64,000 bases of DNA from Pseudomonadota bacterium. GTDB taxonomy: Bacteria; Bdellovibrionota_B; Oligoflexia; Oligoflexales; CAIYRB01. The notes under the pieces were generated by a model. It made no database searches. It saw only the letters and a program-made list of their open reading frames with translations, and had not been told where the DNA came from. The position numbers and the translations under genes were made by a program. The DNA lies in contig JAPLFX010000030.1 in NCBI GenBank assembly GCA_026390445.1, positions 2,999 through 66,998 of the forward strand, written 5' to 3'. Numbering within the stretch: position 1 is the first letter of the stretch; every line of letters starts with the position of its first letter. Positions 50,749 through 59,262 of this stretch are shown in pieces.

Positions 50749-51240
50749 TTAGGCCTCGACTGCCGCAACACCCGGGCGGTATGTCGAGTACACATAGACG
50801 CGCAGGTCGGAGGCTTTGAATTCCTTTTCGATGATCTGCTTGACGCTAGGCCAGTCCAGGCCACCCACGCCTGTAGCGAGGCGACTCAGCGCCAGGGTTG
50901 GATGCTTCTCGCGCTCGCATTCCTTGCGCAATGCGGTCAAAGCGTGATGCACCGCTTCAACCGTCGCTTTGCCCGGGCGGCCACCTTGGCCGTAGGCAGC
51001 CTCTTGGCACATCAGATTGTAGATGACCGGGCTACCTGGTCCCTTCCAGGCCCAAAGCGATCCGGTCTTGGGGTGGGTCGTGTGGCAGAAGTGGCGAAAG
51101 TCCTTGTACATGCCAGGCCAGCGCTGACGCAGCTCCAGCGCTAGGCCGCTGTGGAAGTCGTCGTTTGGCGCGATGTTGTGGGCGATGGCGCTGGCTTTGG
51201 ATAGGAGGATGTCGCCTTCGATGTCGATGATCATGAGCAT
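50749..51240 (-). CDS. stand-alone macrodomain protein, TARG1/DarG-macro-like
   Basis: 163 aa. Aligns by eye with human TARG1 as recalled: GDILLSKASAIAHNIAPNDDFHSGLALELRQRW vs GDLF....[25 protein letters not shown], and LALSRLATGVGGLDWPSVKQIIEKEF...LRVYVY vs [26 protein letters not shown]...IKITVY. Confidence 0.65.
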   Translation of the reverse strand: MLMIIDIEGDILLSKASAIAHNIAPNDDFHSGLALELRQRWPGMYKDFRHFCHTTHPKTGSLWAWKGPGSPVIYNLMCQEAAYGQGGRPGKATVEAVHHALTALRKECEREKHPTLALSRLATGVGGLDWPSVKQIIEKEFKASDLRVYVYSTYRPGVAAVEA

Positions 51241-51313
51241 TCCTTGTGGGTTGAGGCGCCTTGCGCCTGTTTCGCTTAGATGTCGTTAACGTGTCAAAAT
51301 CAAAGCGCTGCCA

Positions 51314-52483
51314 TCAGTGACTCTTGCCGGATGGTGGCGCCGTGATCAATTGCTGCAGCTCGGCAAGGAGGTCTCGGACGTCATCTGGGACATGCGTGCC
51401 GTTTGAGCCGCTAAAACTCGCGATATAGCTTTGCTCGAGCAGGTCGAAGGCCTTCGGCGCGAAGGGAGCTTTTGGTGCGAGGCGAATGGCCGATTCCAAA
51501 TAAAACTCAGTCCTTGATAACCAAAACGAGTGACCAAGCAGTGATTCCGTAATGCCGAGCATGTAATAAGCTTCGGCTACGTCTTGCCCCCGGTCAGGGT
51601 GATCATGGACGTAACGATTTAGGATGGCACTGGCGACCAGGTAGTGGATGATACCGTCTCGGTCGCGTAGATACTCCATCTTGTCTCGGCCATGGGCTAA
51701 GATCTCGCGAGCATCGCCCAGATTGGTTTTGCGCAGCGATTGGCGCTTGTCAAGCTCAGCCAAGGTCGCCGACCAACGCTTGAGCTGAGCCTTGGTCGCT
51801 GTGCTGATGTCTGACCTAAGGGTCACGGCATCGATCAAGCGCTGGGGCCTGGCTAAATCCTGCTTCACATTGGCGCAGATTTTTAGGTAGTCGATGAAAG
51901 CGCTTTGCGTCACCAAGGTCGACGGCGACACGTCTTTTTGCTTAAAGTAGGCTTCATAGCTGTTAAGCGCCTCGTCAAACTGCCGGCTCATCACGTAGTA
52001 GCTGGCCTTGGCGAGCGGCGATAGGCTGTCGACTTGAACCGCCTTGAAAAAGGCCTTAGCCGGAGGAAACTTGTGGTGCTCTGGCAGGCTCGAGTGGCAG
52101 GTAATGCAGTTGTCGGTGATATTGCGCAGGGTAAATTGCGCCTCGTCATAGGCGCCGTGGGTGTACCAGCGATAGATATTCTTGGCGTCGTTTTTAAACG
52201 ATTTGGCGATGAATTCAAAGGCGCGGTCCTTGCGCTTGCCGTGCATTTCGAGCACCGTCGCGTGATCTTGTAGGTCCTTCAGCAGAGCGGTGATTTCGCC
52301 GCGGTGCTCAGCGGATTTAAAGGCGTTATCATCCAAGCTTAGTGGCAGCACTTTTGACATGGGGTCAAAAAGCGAGTGCATGATGGACTGGGTGAGAGGA
52401 TCTCCCGCGGTATTTTCCTCGGCTTGCGCCCTTAGGCTCGGAGTCAGACCTAAAGCCATCATGACAAATGCCCAACGACGCAT
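51314..52483 (-). CDS. exported CXXCH protein: class II (cytochrome c'-like) N-terminal module plus helical-repeat C-terminal region
   Basis: 389 aa. Signal peptide MRRWAFVMMALGLTPSLRAQA. A helical region of about 105 aa ends in CITCH, the placement seen in four-helix-bundle class II cytochromes c. The rest is helical and TPR-like. Tentative. Confidence 0.5.
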   Translation of the reverse strand: MRRWAFVMMALGLTPSLRAQAEENTAGDPLTQSIMHSLFDPMSKVLPLSLDDNAFKSAEHRGEITALLKDLQDHATVLEMHGKRKDRAFEFIAKSFKNDAKNIYRWYTHGAYDEAQFTLRNITDNCITCHSSLPEHHKFPPAKAFFKAVQVDSLSPLAKASYYVMSRQFDEALNSYEAYFKQKDVSPSTLVTQSAFIDYLKICANVKQDLARPQRLIDAVTLRSDISTATKAQLKRWSATLAELDKRQSLRKTNLGDAREILAHGRDKMEYLRDRDGIIHYLVASAILNRYVHDHPDRGQDVAEAYYMLGITESLLGHSFWLSRTEFYLESAIRLAPKAPFAPKAFDLLEQSYIASFSGSNGTHVPDDVRDLLAELQQLITAPPSGKSH

Positions 52484-52707
52484 GCGCCCCCCTCAGAAGC
52501 TTGGATAAGTGTGTGGCAAAACACGCAGGCCAACAGTCCTGCAATTCTAGTGCCATCCATGGGGGGATGCAACCAGAGCTGCGGCACCAAAGACAGAGAT
52601 CCATTGTGCAGACCCATTCTGCTGATCAAACGCTGGCGTCGATGTCACTTCGGCGAGAATGACGGCACCCGAAAAAGACCTATCTAGCTGAGGACATGGC
52701 TTGCTCT

Positions 52708-52716
52708 GGGGGGGGG
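52708..52716. repeat. homopolymeric G9 tract in a 542-bp intergenic region
   Basis: Read directly: ctct GGGGGGGGG cgag, between divergent genes 51314..52483 (-) and 53026..54360 (+). Confidence 0.9.
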
Positions 52717-53025
52717 CGAGGGTCGCTGGAGCGGGCCAATGTGCCGCGTCGCCATTGGTATTTGGTAAAAGGTGAGCAAGATCCTACGCTGGTCTGAGGT
52801 CGCGCCTTGTTAAACCGGTGTTCCCGTCTTTGGTCGCCTGGCATGTTCTGTGTATTTGCCGCTGGTTAGCGCTGGAAGCGAGCACCGTGCTAAGTCGCTA
52901 GAGGTCGCGTTGGCCAATGCGAGTCAATAAATGTGATGAAATTTCCGATAAAGCCAAAGTTCGACTGAGACGCCAAAAACTAGCCCCCATGTTGTCATCA
53001 TCGACTCAGTAGTAAGGGTTCCTGC

Positions 53026-54360
53026 ATGAAACACTCCTCTAGTGCTAGTGTCCATTTGATTGCGTTCGCAGCTACCTTACTACCGGTGGTGCTGTCCTGC
53101 AGTAGTCCATCGCAGCAGGCTGCTCCGGTCGACGCGACTAAGGACAGCCCAAAGCACTCAGCTCAAGGTGCTGCCGATGCTAACGGCGATACTGGCAACG
53201 CTCAAGGCTCCGTCGCTGGCACGACGCAGGGCGCTCTTGGCGCTACGGTTGCGGCCGTTCAGGTCCCAGATACAGCAGCGATATCTAAACTGATCGCCGC
53301 AGATTTTGCTGCCCAGGGCAGCAAGGGTAACCAGATCATTTATGCGACGATAGACCATCTGGCACCGGACAAAATCGAAAATCCGAAACTCGAAATTGTT
53401 CGCTTCGGCATGACCAAGACCCTCAACAGCGTGTCGATGGCACCCGCCATCGCCAAACTCCCGGCCATTGACCCAGCCAAAACAGTCTTTCGCGTTAATC
53501 TCGCGGATTTCAACCAGGCTGGTGCGCTGGGAGCGATCAAATCTGCGCCCTATGCGCAACAGAACGTGACGCAGGTTGGCGGTGCGACCGTCGTCAAAGG
53601 CGATTGGTTGGTTTATGCTTTGACGCGGCCTGAAGTTTATGACCCGTTGATGAAGCTGCCAGCCATCGACACGATGCTAGAAAGCACCCTGCGCGTCGAT
53701 TACAACAAGGCAGGGTATATCAATGCGCAGAGTTCAGATGTCGTGTTTAATGGTCGCGTCTTAATGCGAATCCCGATCGAGCTAGGCGGCAAACCCGGTG
53801 GGTATTACTGGCGTTCGTATGACTTTGCTAGGACCGATGTGATGCAGCGTGCTTTTAAGGATCCGAGCTTTCTGCGCGCCGCGACGATTCCAGACTTGGT
53901 GGCCGGCGAGTTCTTTTTTAGTCTTCCCAATGGACTGCAGGCCTATTACTTAACCGGGTTTGGTAATCAACATCGTTACGACGTGCCGGGACCAGGAGGC
54001 TTGTCGATCGATCCACCGGTGGCGACCGATTACCGTCGTCCACAAGACGGACTCCATCCTTGTGTCGGTGGCAAAGCGAGCTGCGGCTTTGTGATCAATG
54101 GCGAGTCATGCATGACCTGCCATGGTGACGGCGTTAACATTCCTAAAACTCCCGCCGGCACCAATGGGATCAGCATGGCTGATATGACCAACCTCATGAA
54201 TCAGGACCGGGCTAGGTTTGCCGGGGCGATCAAGGAAATGGGTTTTACCACGGTTACCGATGAGCCGATTTTTGCCACCCTCAGCATCTTTCGCAACGAT
54301 CGCAAGGTTGCAGACAAGCGTAGTCAAGGCAGTGAAATTTCCGGTATCACAGGTCAATGA
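53026..54360 (+). CDS. hypothetical lipoprotein with one C-terminal CXXCH motif
   Basis: 444 aa. Signal plus lipobox (LLPVVLSCSS), CMTCH in NGESCMTCHGDG near the C-terminus. No family recognised. Confidence 0.55.
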   Translation: MKHSSSASVHLIAFAATLLPVVLSCSSPSQQAAPVDATKDSPKHSAQGAADANGDTGNAQGSVAGTTQGALGATVAAVQVPDTAAISKLIAADFAAQGSKGNQIIYATIDHLAPDKIENPKLEIVRFGMTKTLNSVSMAPAIAKLPAIDPAKTVFRVNLADFNQAGALGAIKSAPYAQQNVTQVGGATVVKGDWLVYALTRPEVYDPLMKLPAIDTMLESTLRVDYNKAGYINAQSSDVVFNGRVLMRIPIELGGKPGGYYWRSYDFARTDVMQRAFKDPSFLRAATIPDLVAGEFFFSLPNGLQAYYLTGFGNQHRYDVPGPGGLSIDPPVATDYRRPQDGLHPCVGGKASCGFVINGESCMTCHGDGVNIPKTPAGTNGISMADMTNLMNQDRARFAGAIKEMGFTTVTDEPIFATLSIFRNDRKVADKRSQGSEISGITGQ

Positions 54361-54385
54361 ACTAGGATGACGCTGGGCGCCGCGA

Positions 54386-55036
54386 CTAAGGAGTCGCAGC
54401 GATGTACTTGGTGACCATCATGGCCAGCTCAGCTTGAATCTGCTGAATTTGTTCTGGGGACATCCGGCGGCTGTAGGCTGCGGCGAGAACCCCTTCAACG
54501 GCCTGCGCGACGACAAAGGCGGTATTCGTCGAGACGTCATGGCGCAGGCTGTCCTTGCCGAGGAGAAACGTGAAGGCGAGAAAGGTGACGGTTTCGTCGA
54601 AGATTTTCGCGATGCGTTCTTTGGCTGGGCTGGCAAGCTCTTGCATGATGGTAAAATACAGACCGTCATGCGCGGTCAAGGCGTTGGTGAAGCGGTGTAC
54701 TGCCAAGGCGATGATTCCTGGGTCCCGGCTCAGGATGCCGTCGCGCAGCTCGCATGCGACTTCGGCCTTGAGAATCCTGTAGTGCTTGTCCACCAGGGCG
54801 ACGGCAATTTCGTCTTTGTTGGCGAAATATTGGTAGAGGGAGCCGACGCTGACGCCTGAAGACTGCGCGACGCTATTGGTCGTAAAGCCAGTCCAACCGT
54901 CGTGCTTGAGGACTCTGAGTGCGCCTTCGAGGATGGTCTCGATGGTTTCGCGGGCCCTGGGTTGCGTCGGTTCGCGCCTGGCTTGCTCTACGTCCGGTTG
55001 GTCTTGTGGCCTGCGCTTAGCCATGTGGGATGTCAC
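54386..55036 (-). CDS. TetR-family transcriptional regulator
   Basis: 216 aa. HTH TTNSVAQSSGVSVGSLYQYFANKDEI after a basic N-terminal tail. Confidence 0.88.
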   Translation of the reverse strand: MTSHMAKRRPQDQPDVEQARREPTQPRARETIETILEGALRVLKHDGWTGFTTNSVAQSSGVSVGSLYQYFANKDEIAVALVDKHYRILKAEVACELRDGILSRDPGIIALAVHRFTNALTAHDGLYFTIMQELASPAKERIAKIFDETVTFLAFTFLLGKDSLRHDVSTNTAFVVAQAVEGVLAAAYSRRMSPEQIQQIQAELAMMVTKYIAATP

Positions 55037-55219
55037 CTTCTCCTCGGTGAGTCTGGAAATACCCTATTTAGTTTACTCTAGTTCGTTGCAATGACCACCA
55101 AGCTATCAGCTTTTTTTGTTTGTGCTAAAAGTTTCTCGTTGATGCGCCGATAAGCACTTGAGGCGCAAGCAGCCTCCCAGGATCGGTGTTATATAGATGA
55201 TATCACTAAGGAAACCGAC

Positions 55220-55453
55220 ATGTCATGGGGTTCGGAGTGGCGTCAGAAGTTGGCTCGGGTGGTGAACGTGTACTTCACCCCGCTCACTTACTCGCATTAT
55301 TTGGAGTTACTCAATCCGCTGTGGAGCTTCGGGCAATGGCCAAGATCCAGCCGCTCTACCGCCTGGTCCAGCGCTACACCCGATAACTCCGCGAGCTTTT
55401 GGCGCCAATATTGTACCACCATGCTGCGGATTTGGCGTATGGCCTTGTCCTAA
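55220..55453 (+). pseudogene. possible 5' remnant of a ferredoxin/flavodoxin reductase-type (FAD-binding FR-type) gene
   Basis: The 77-aa ORF begins ...LARVVNVYFTPLTYSHYLELLNPLWS. This resembles the N-terminus I recall for desaturase-partner oxidoreductases (...PLLPDDYL.L.NPLWSARELRGR...). After NPLW the similar continuation (ELRAMAKIQPL...) is in another frame and stops after about 20 codons. The galE 3' end follows immediately. Confidence 0.3.
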
Positions 55454-55456
55454 GTG

Positions 55457-56449
55457 TCAGCGCGGAGTCAGCTGTTTCTCCCACTCGTAGGCATGCCGGA
55501 CGATCGTCTTCAGGTCGTCAAACCGTGGGGTCCAATCGAGCAGTTGGTGGATCTTGTCGACACGGGCGACGATCTCGGCGACATCGCCAGCGCGGCGCGG
55601 AGCCTCGGCAACCTTAAAATCAACACCGCAGACCTCTTTGATCGCCTGGATGACTTGTTTGACGCTTGATCCGTGGCCATAGCCGCAGTTGAGGATGCTG
55701 CTGGCGCCGCCTTGATTTAAATGTGCGAGCGCGGCTAAATGTGCGCTGGCCAGGTCTTCGACGTGGATGTAATCGCGCACGCAAGTCCCATCGACCGTGG
55801 CGTAGTCCGTGCCGTAGAGCTGGAGTGCGGGCCTTCTGCCTAGTGCGACCTGACAAGCCACCTTGATCAAATGGGTCGCCTCGGGCGAACGTTGGCCCAT
55901 GCGTAGTTGCGGATCGGCGCCAGCGACGTTGAAATAGCGCAAGATGATGAAGCGCAGCGCGGGGTGCGCTGCGGCAATGTCCTGCAAGATGCGTTCGCTC
56001 ATCATCTTGGAGGCGCCATATGGGCTGGCCGGACGCAGCGGTGCGCTTTCGTCGACTGGAACGTGGTCAGGCTGACCGTAGGTGGCGGCAGTCGACGAAA
56101 AGATGAACTTTGGCACCCTATGGCGCACGGCTGTTTGGATTAGTTCGAGGGTGTTGACGGTATTGTTGCTGTAATAGAGGTACGGCTCGCTGACCGATTC
56201 CTCGACGCGAATCTTAGCCGCAAAATGCACGATCGCATCGATTGGGTGCTCGGTGAAGATTCGCTCCAGCGTCGCAGCGTTGCCGATATCGCCTTGGATC
56301 AAGGTTTCACCGTGGACCAAGGCGTCGGCAAAGCCGGTTGAAAGATTGTCCACAACGATGACGCGGTCGCCGTTTTCTGAAAGCTTGCGCACCACATGGC
56401 TGCCGATATAACCGCAGCCGCCCGTCACCAACACCGTCTGCTTACTCAC
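55457..56449 (-). CDS. galE: UDP-glucose 4-epimerase
   Basis: 330 aa. VLVTGGCGYIGSH, YGASKMMSE (YxxxK), full GalE-like pattern. Confidence 0.9.
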   Translation of the reverse strand: MSKQTVLVTGGCGYIGSHVVRKLSENGDRVIVVDNLSTGFADALVHGETLIQGDIGNAATLERIFTEHPIDAIVHFAAKIRVEESVSEPYLYYSNNTVNTLELIQTAVRHRVPKFIFSSTAATYGQPDHVPVDESAPLRPASPYGASKMMSERILQDIAAAHPALRFIILRYFNVAGADPQLRMGQRSPEATHLIKVACQVALGRRPALQLYGTDYATVDGTCVRDYIHVEDLASAHLAALAHLNQGGASSILNCGYGHGSSVKQVIQAIKEVCGVDFKVAEAPRRAGDVAEIVARVDKIHQLLDWTPRFDDLKTIVRHAYEWEKQLTPR

Positions 56450-56495
56450 GTCAGGACTCCCTATTCGTTGTGGTCCAAGGCTTATATCGTGTGAC

Positions 56496-57203
56496 TCAAC
56501 AAGGCTGGCTGAGGATCAGTTTATCGACGGCGTAGAGATCGGCTGCCGTGCGTTGGCCTGGTGCGGCACTGGTACCCGGCCGTACCAACTGGATTGTTTG
56601 GATGCCGACGGCTGCTGCTGCTTCAAGCTCAGCGGCTATATCGGAGAGAAACAAGACGTCGCTCGCTGCAAGGCCAAGCTGGGCGAGGATTTGGCGGTAG
56701 GCCCCCGCTTCGCGTTTGCCGCCCACTGCGGTGTCGAAGTGGTGGCTGAACAAGGGCGTCATATCACCTCGGTCGGTGTACTTAAACAGCAGCAGCTGGG
56801 CCTGCACCGATCCAGACGAGTAAATTCCTAGCTGCAGGCCGCGCTCTTTCCAGGCGGCGAGCACTGGGTAGACGTCGGCATAGATGTCCGAGGTAAACTC
56901 GCCGCGTACGTAGCCTTCGCGCCAGATCAGACCTTGTAGGGCCTTTAACGCCGGATGCTTGCGGTCGGTATCGATCCAATGCAAGAGCCGGTCGATGGTT
57001 TCGTCGGCAGTGAGGACTTGCTGGTCTTCTGCCAAAGCGGTGGCCTGAGTTGCGCTTAGGCTGCTTTGGACGGTGGGGTCACCTGCATGGCTCTGAACAA
57101 AATCCTTGAGGCGGCGTCTGGAGTAAGGGAACAGGACTTTATGCACGAACGGAATCGGCGAGACGGTGCCTTCGATATCGAGCAGAATGTAGCGCAGAGG
57201 CAT
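56496..57203 (-). CDS. mtnC: enolase-phosphatase E1 (acireductone synthase), HAD superfamily
   Basis: 235 aa. ILLDIEGTVSPIPFVHKVLFPYS N-terminus, KALQGLIWREGY, IYSSGSV, LFLSDI are the blocks I recall for MtnC/ENOPH1. Confidence 0.8.
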   Translation of the reverse strand: MPLRYILLDIEGTVSPIPFVHKVLFPYSRRRLKDFVQSHAGDPTVQSSLSATQATALAEDQQVLTADETIDRLLHWIDTDRKHPALKALQGLIWREGYVRGEFTSDIYADVYPVLAAWKERGLQLGIYSSGSVQAQLLLFKYTDRGDMTPLFSHHFDTAVGGKREAGAYRQILAQLGLAASDVLFLSDIAAELEAAAAVGIQTIQLVRPGTSAAPGQRTAADLYAVDKLILSQPC

Positions 57204-57212
57204 AGGGATCCT

Positions 57213-58472
57213 TTAAAAGAGCGAGTCGGCGTAGTCGGCCGGGTTGAACTGGCGCAGGTCGGCAGCTTTCTCGCCGACGCCGATGTAGCGTACCGGTAGC
57301 TTGAATTGTTCGGCGATATTGAGCAAGACCCCACCTTTAGCGGTGCCGTCTAGCTTGGTGACGACGAGGCCGGTGAGTTTGACCACTTGGCTGAATGCTT
57401 TGACCTGCTGCACGGCGTTTTGCCCTGTGGTCGCGTCGATCACCAGCCAGGTTTCGTGGGGTGCGCCCGGCAGATCGCGAGAGGTGATGCGGTTGATCTT
57501 ACCTAGTTCGTCCATCAGTTCCTGTTTGGCGTGCAGGCGGCCGGCGGTATCGATCAGCAACACATCGATGTGGCGTGACATCGCGGCTTTGACGCCATCG
57601 TAGGCGACCGCTGCAGGGTCTGAGCCTTGCTTGTGCTTGACCACATGGATGCCGAGGCGTTCACCCCAAACACTCAATTGTTCGATAGCCGCAGCTCTAA
57701 AGGTGTCTGCGGCCGCAAAGATGACCGACTGATCCGCCGCGAGGAAATGGGCGCCTAATTTGCCGATGGTCGTCGTCTTGCCGACGCCGTTGACGCCGAC
57801 GACCAAGATCACCCAAGGCCCTTGGTCGGGCCGCTGTAGCGGGGTCTGGGCACTGCTTTCCAGCAACTCCCTGGCCCGCTGTTTGAGCGCGGCTTTAACT
57901 GCAGGGGCATCGCTGACCCCATCTTTGCCGATGGTTTTACGCACATGTTCGACCAATTGGTCGGCCACGGCGACGCCAACGTCGGCGCGGTAGAGGGCCG
58001 CGTGCAGCTCTTCTAGTAAGGTGTCATCGAGTTTGGCTTTGCCGCGCAACAACTCTTCGAGATTTTGCGCTAGCCCTTGCCGCGTCCTGGCAAGGCCGTT
58101 TTTCAAGCGCGCGAGCCAGGCCAAGTGGCCGGTGCCGCGTACTTCGGCGACCTCTGCGGGAGCAGCAGCCCGTTCGACCTGGGCGCTGGGTAACGGGGAC
58201 TGTGCTGGTCCTGACTGAGCCTCTTCGCTGTCTTCCGCTTCAAGCTCGTCTAAGGCGTCAGATGGGCCTGTGGTGATGTCGCGGCTGGCCTCGTCGATGG
58301 CGGCATCCATGGCGGCGCCGTCGCGGCGGCGGCGCAGCATGATTAGACCGATGTAGAGGACGACGATCATTAGCAAGATCGCCATCGGACCGCCGACAAA
58401 CAGCCATATATCCGGGCTTGATCCGGCGTTCATCAAGAGGTCGAAGGGGTCGGTTTTGCTTTGGGGGTCCAT
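57213..58472 (-). CDS. ftsY: signal recognition particle receptor FtsY
   Basis: 419 aa. N-terminal TM, acidic region, NG domain with GVNGVGKTTTIGKL, DTAGRL, TKLDGTAKGG. Confidence 0.95.
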   Translation of the reverse strand: MDPQSKTDPFDLLMNAGSSPDIWLFVGGPMAILLMIVVLYIGLIMLRRRRDGAAMDAAIDEASRDITTGPSDALDELEAEDSEEAQSGPAQSPLPSAQVERAAAPAEVAEVRGTGHLAWLARLKNGLARTRQGLAQNLEELLRGKAKLDDTLLEELHAALYRADVGVAVADQLVEHVRKTIGKDGVSDAPAVKAALKQRARELLESSAQTPLQRPDQGPWVILVVGVNGVGKTTTIGKLGAHFLAADQSVIFAAADTFRAAAIEQLSVWGERLGIHVVKHKQGSDPAAVAYDGVKAAMSRHIDVLLIDTAGRLHAKQELMDELGKINRITSRDLPGAPHETWLVIDATTGQNAVQQVKAFSQVVKLTGLVVTKLDGTAKGGVLLNIAEQFKLPVRYIGVGEKAADLRQFNPADYADSLF

Positions 58473-58551
58473 AAGCCTGCCATGTGGTTAAGGATCGTTC
58501 GTTGCTGTCCATTTGGCGTTGCCGCAAAACTACGGTAAAACAGTGTCTATC

Positions 58552-59262
58552 ATGGACGTACAAAAAAAAATCGTTCCGGTCGCTGTGAAAGTGTGCGGCG
58601 TTACCCTCGCGGCCGACGTGGATGCCTGCTTGCAGCGTCGCCTTGCCTATGTTGGCTTCAATTTTTACTCGGGGTCGAAGCGTTATATCACACCTCCAGC
58701 AGCGGCCAGTCTTTGGGCTGCGGCATTGGTGGGAAAGCCTGCAGCGGCGTTAGCGACGATACCGGTAGGAGTGGTCGTTGGCGCTGGCATCGCCGAGGTG
58801 GCACGGCTGTTGGCAGACTTTCCAGCTCTTGGTGTCCTGCAAGTCCATGGCCCGAAGCTTGTCACTTCGACCTACCTGCGCCAGCTGCGCCAGGCAACGG
58901 GGGCTCGTCAGCTGTGGTTGGCATGGCCGGTGGCGACGCGCCAGGATGTGTTGGCCGCGGCCGCCCTCGCTGCGGACGTCGATTTACTCCTGTTTGACAG
59001 TAAGCATGTGCCGCAAGGCGCCGCTGTTCCTGGAGGCAGCGGTATGGTGTTTGACTGGTCTGTTCTGAAGGCGTACCCCGTAGGGTTGCCCTTTGGGGTC
59101 GCTGGCGGGCTACAGGCAAATAACCTCAGCGCCTTGGCAACAAGCTTAGCGCCGGTGCGTCCAGCATTGATCGATCTTTGTTCCGGCGTCGAACGAGCAC
59201 CCGGACAGAAAGAGCTGGCCTTGATCGATACCGTATTAGGGGTGGTGGGGGAGGTGTGGTGA
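58552..59262 (+). CDS. trpF: phosphoribosylanthranilate isomerase
   Basis: I chose ATG 58552 (MDVQKKIVPVAVKVCGVT). LQVHG, LLFDS...GGSGMVFDW, VAGGL and DLCSGVE blocks. No other trp gene is in the window. Confidence 0.8.
   Translation: MDVQKKIVPVAVKVCGVTLAADVDACLQRRLAYVGFNFYSGSKRYITPPAAASLWAAALVGKPAAALATIPVGVVVGAGIAEVARLLADFPALGVLQVHGPKLVTSTYLRQLRQATGARQLWLAWPVATRQDVLAAAALAADVDLLLFDSKHVPQGAAVPGGSGMVFDWSVLKAYPVGLPFGVAGGLQANNLSALATSLAPVRPALIDLCSGVERAPGQKELALIDTVLGVVGEVW

Noticed and set aside
50749-52483. Macrodomain gene plus upstream gene as a DarTG-like toxin-antitoxin pair
   Set aside because: The upstream 389-aa protein has a signal peptide and a CXXCH motif and bears no resemblance to DarT ADP-ribosyltransferases. 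The macrodomain is reported only as an orphan.
58593-59119. Several 85-134-aa ORFs in alternative frames and strands inside trpF
   Set aside because: They are Arg/Gly/Pro-rich shadow ORFs within a gene whose frame carries clear TrpF motifs.
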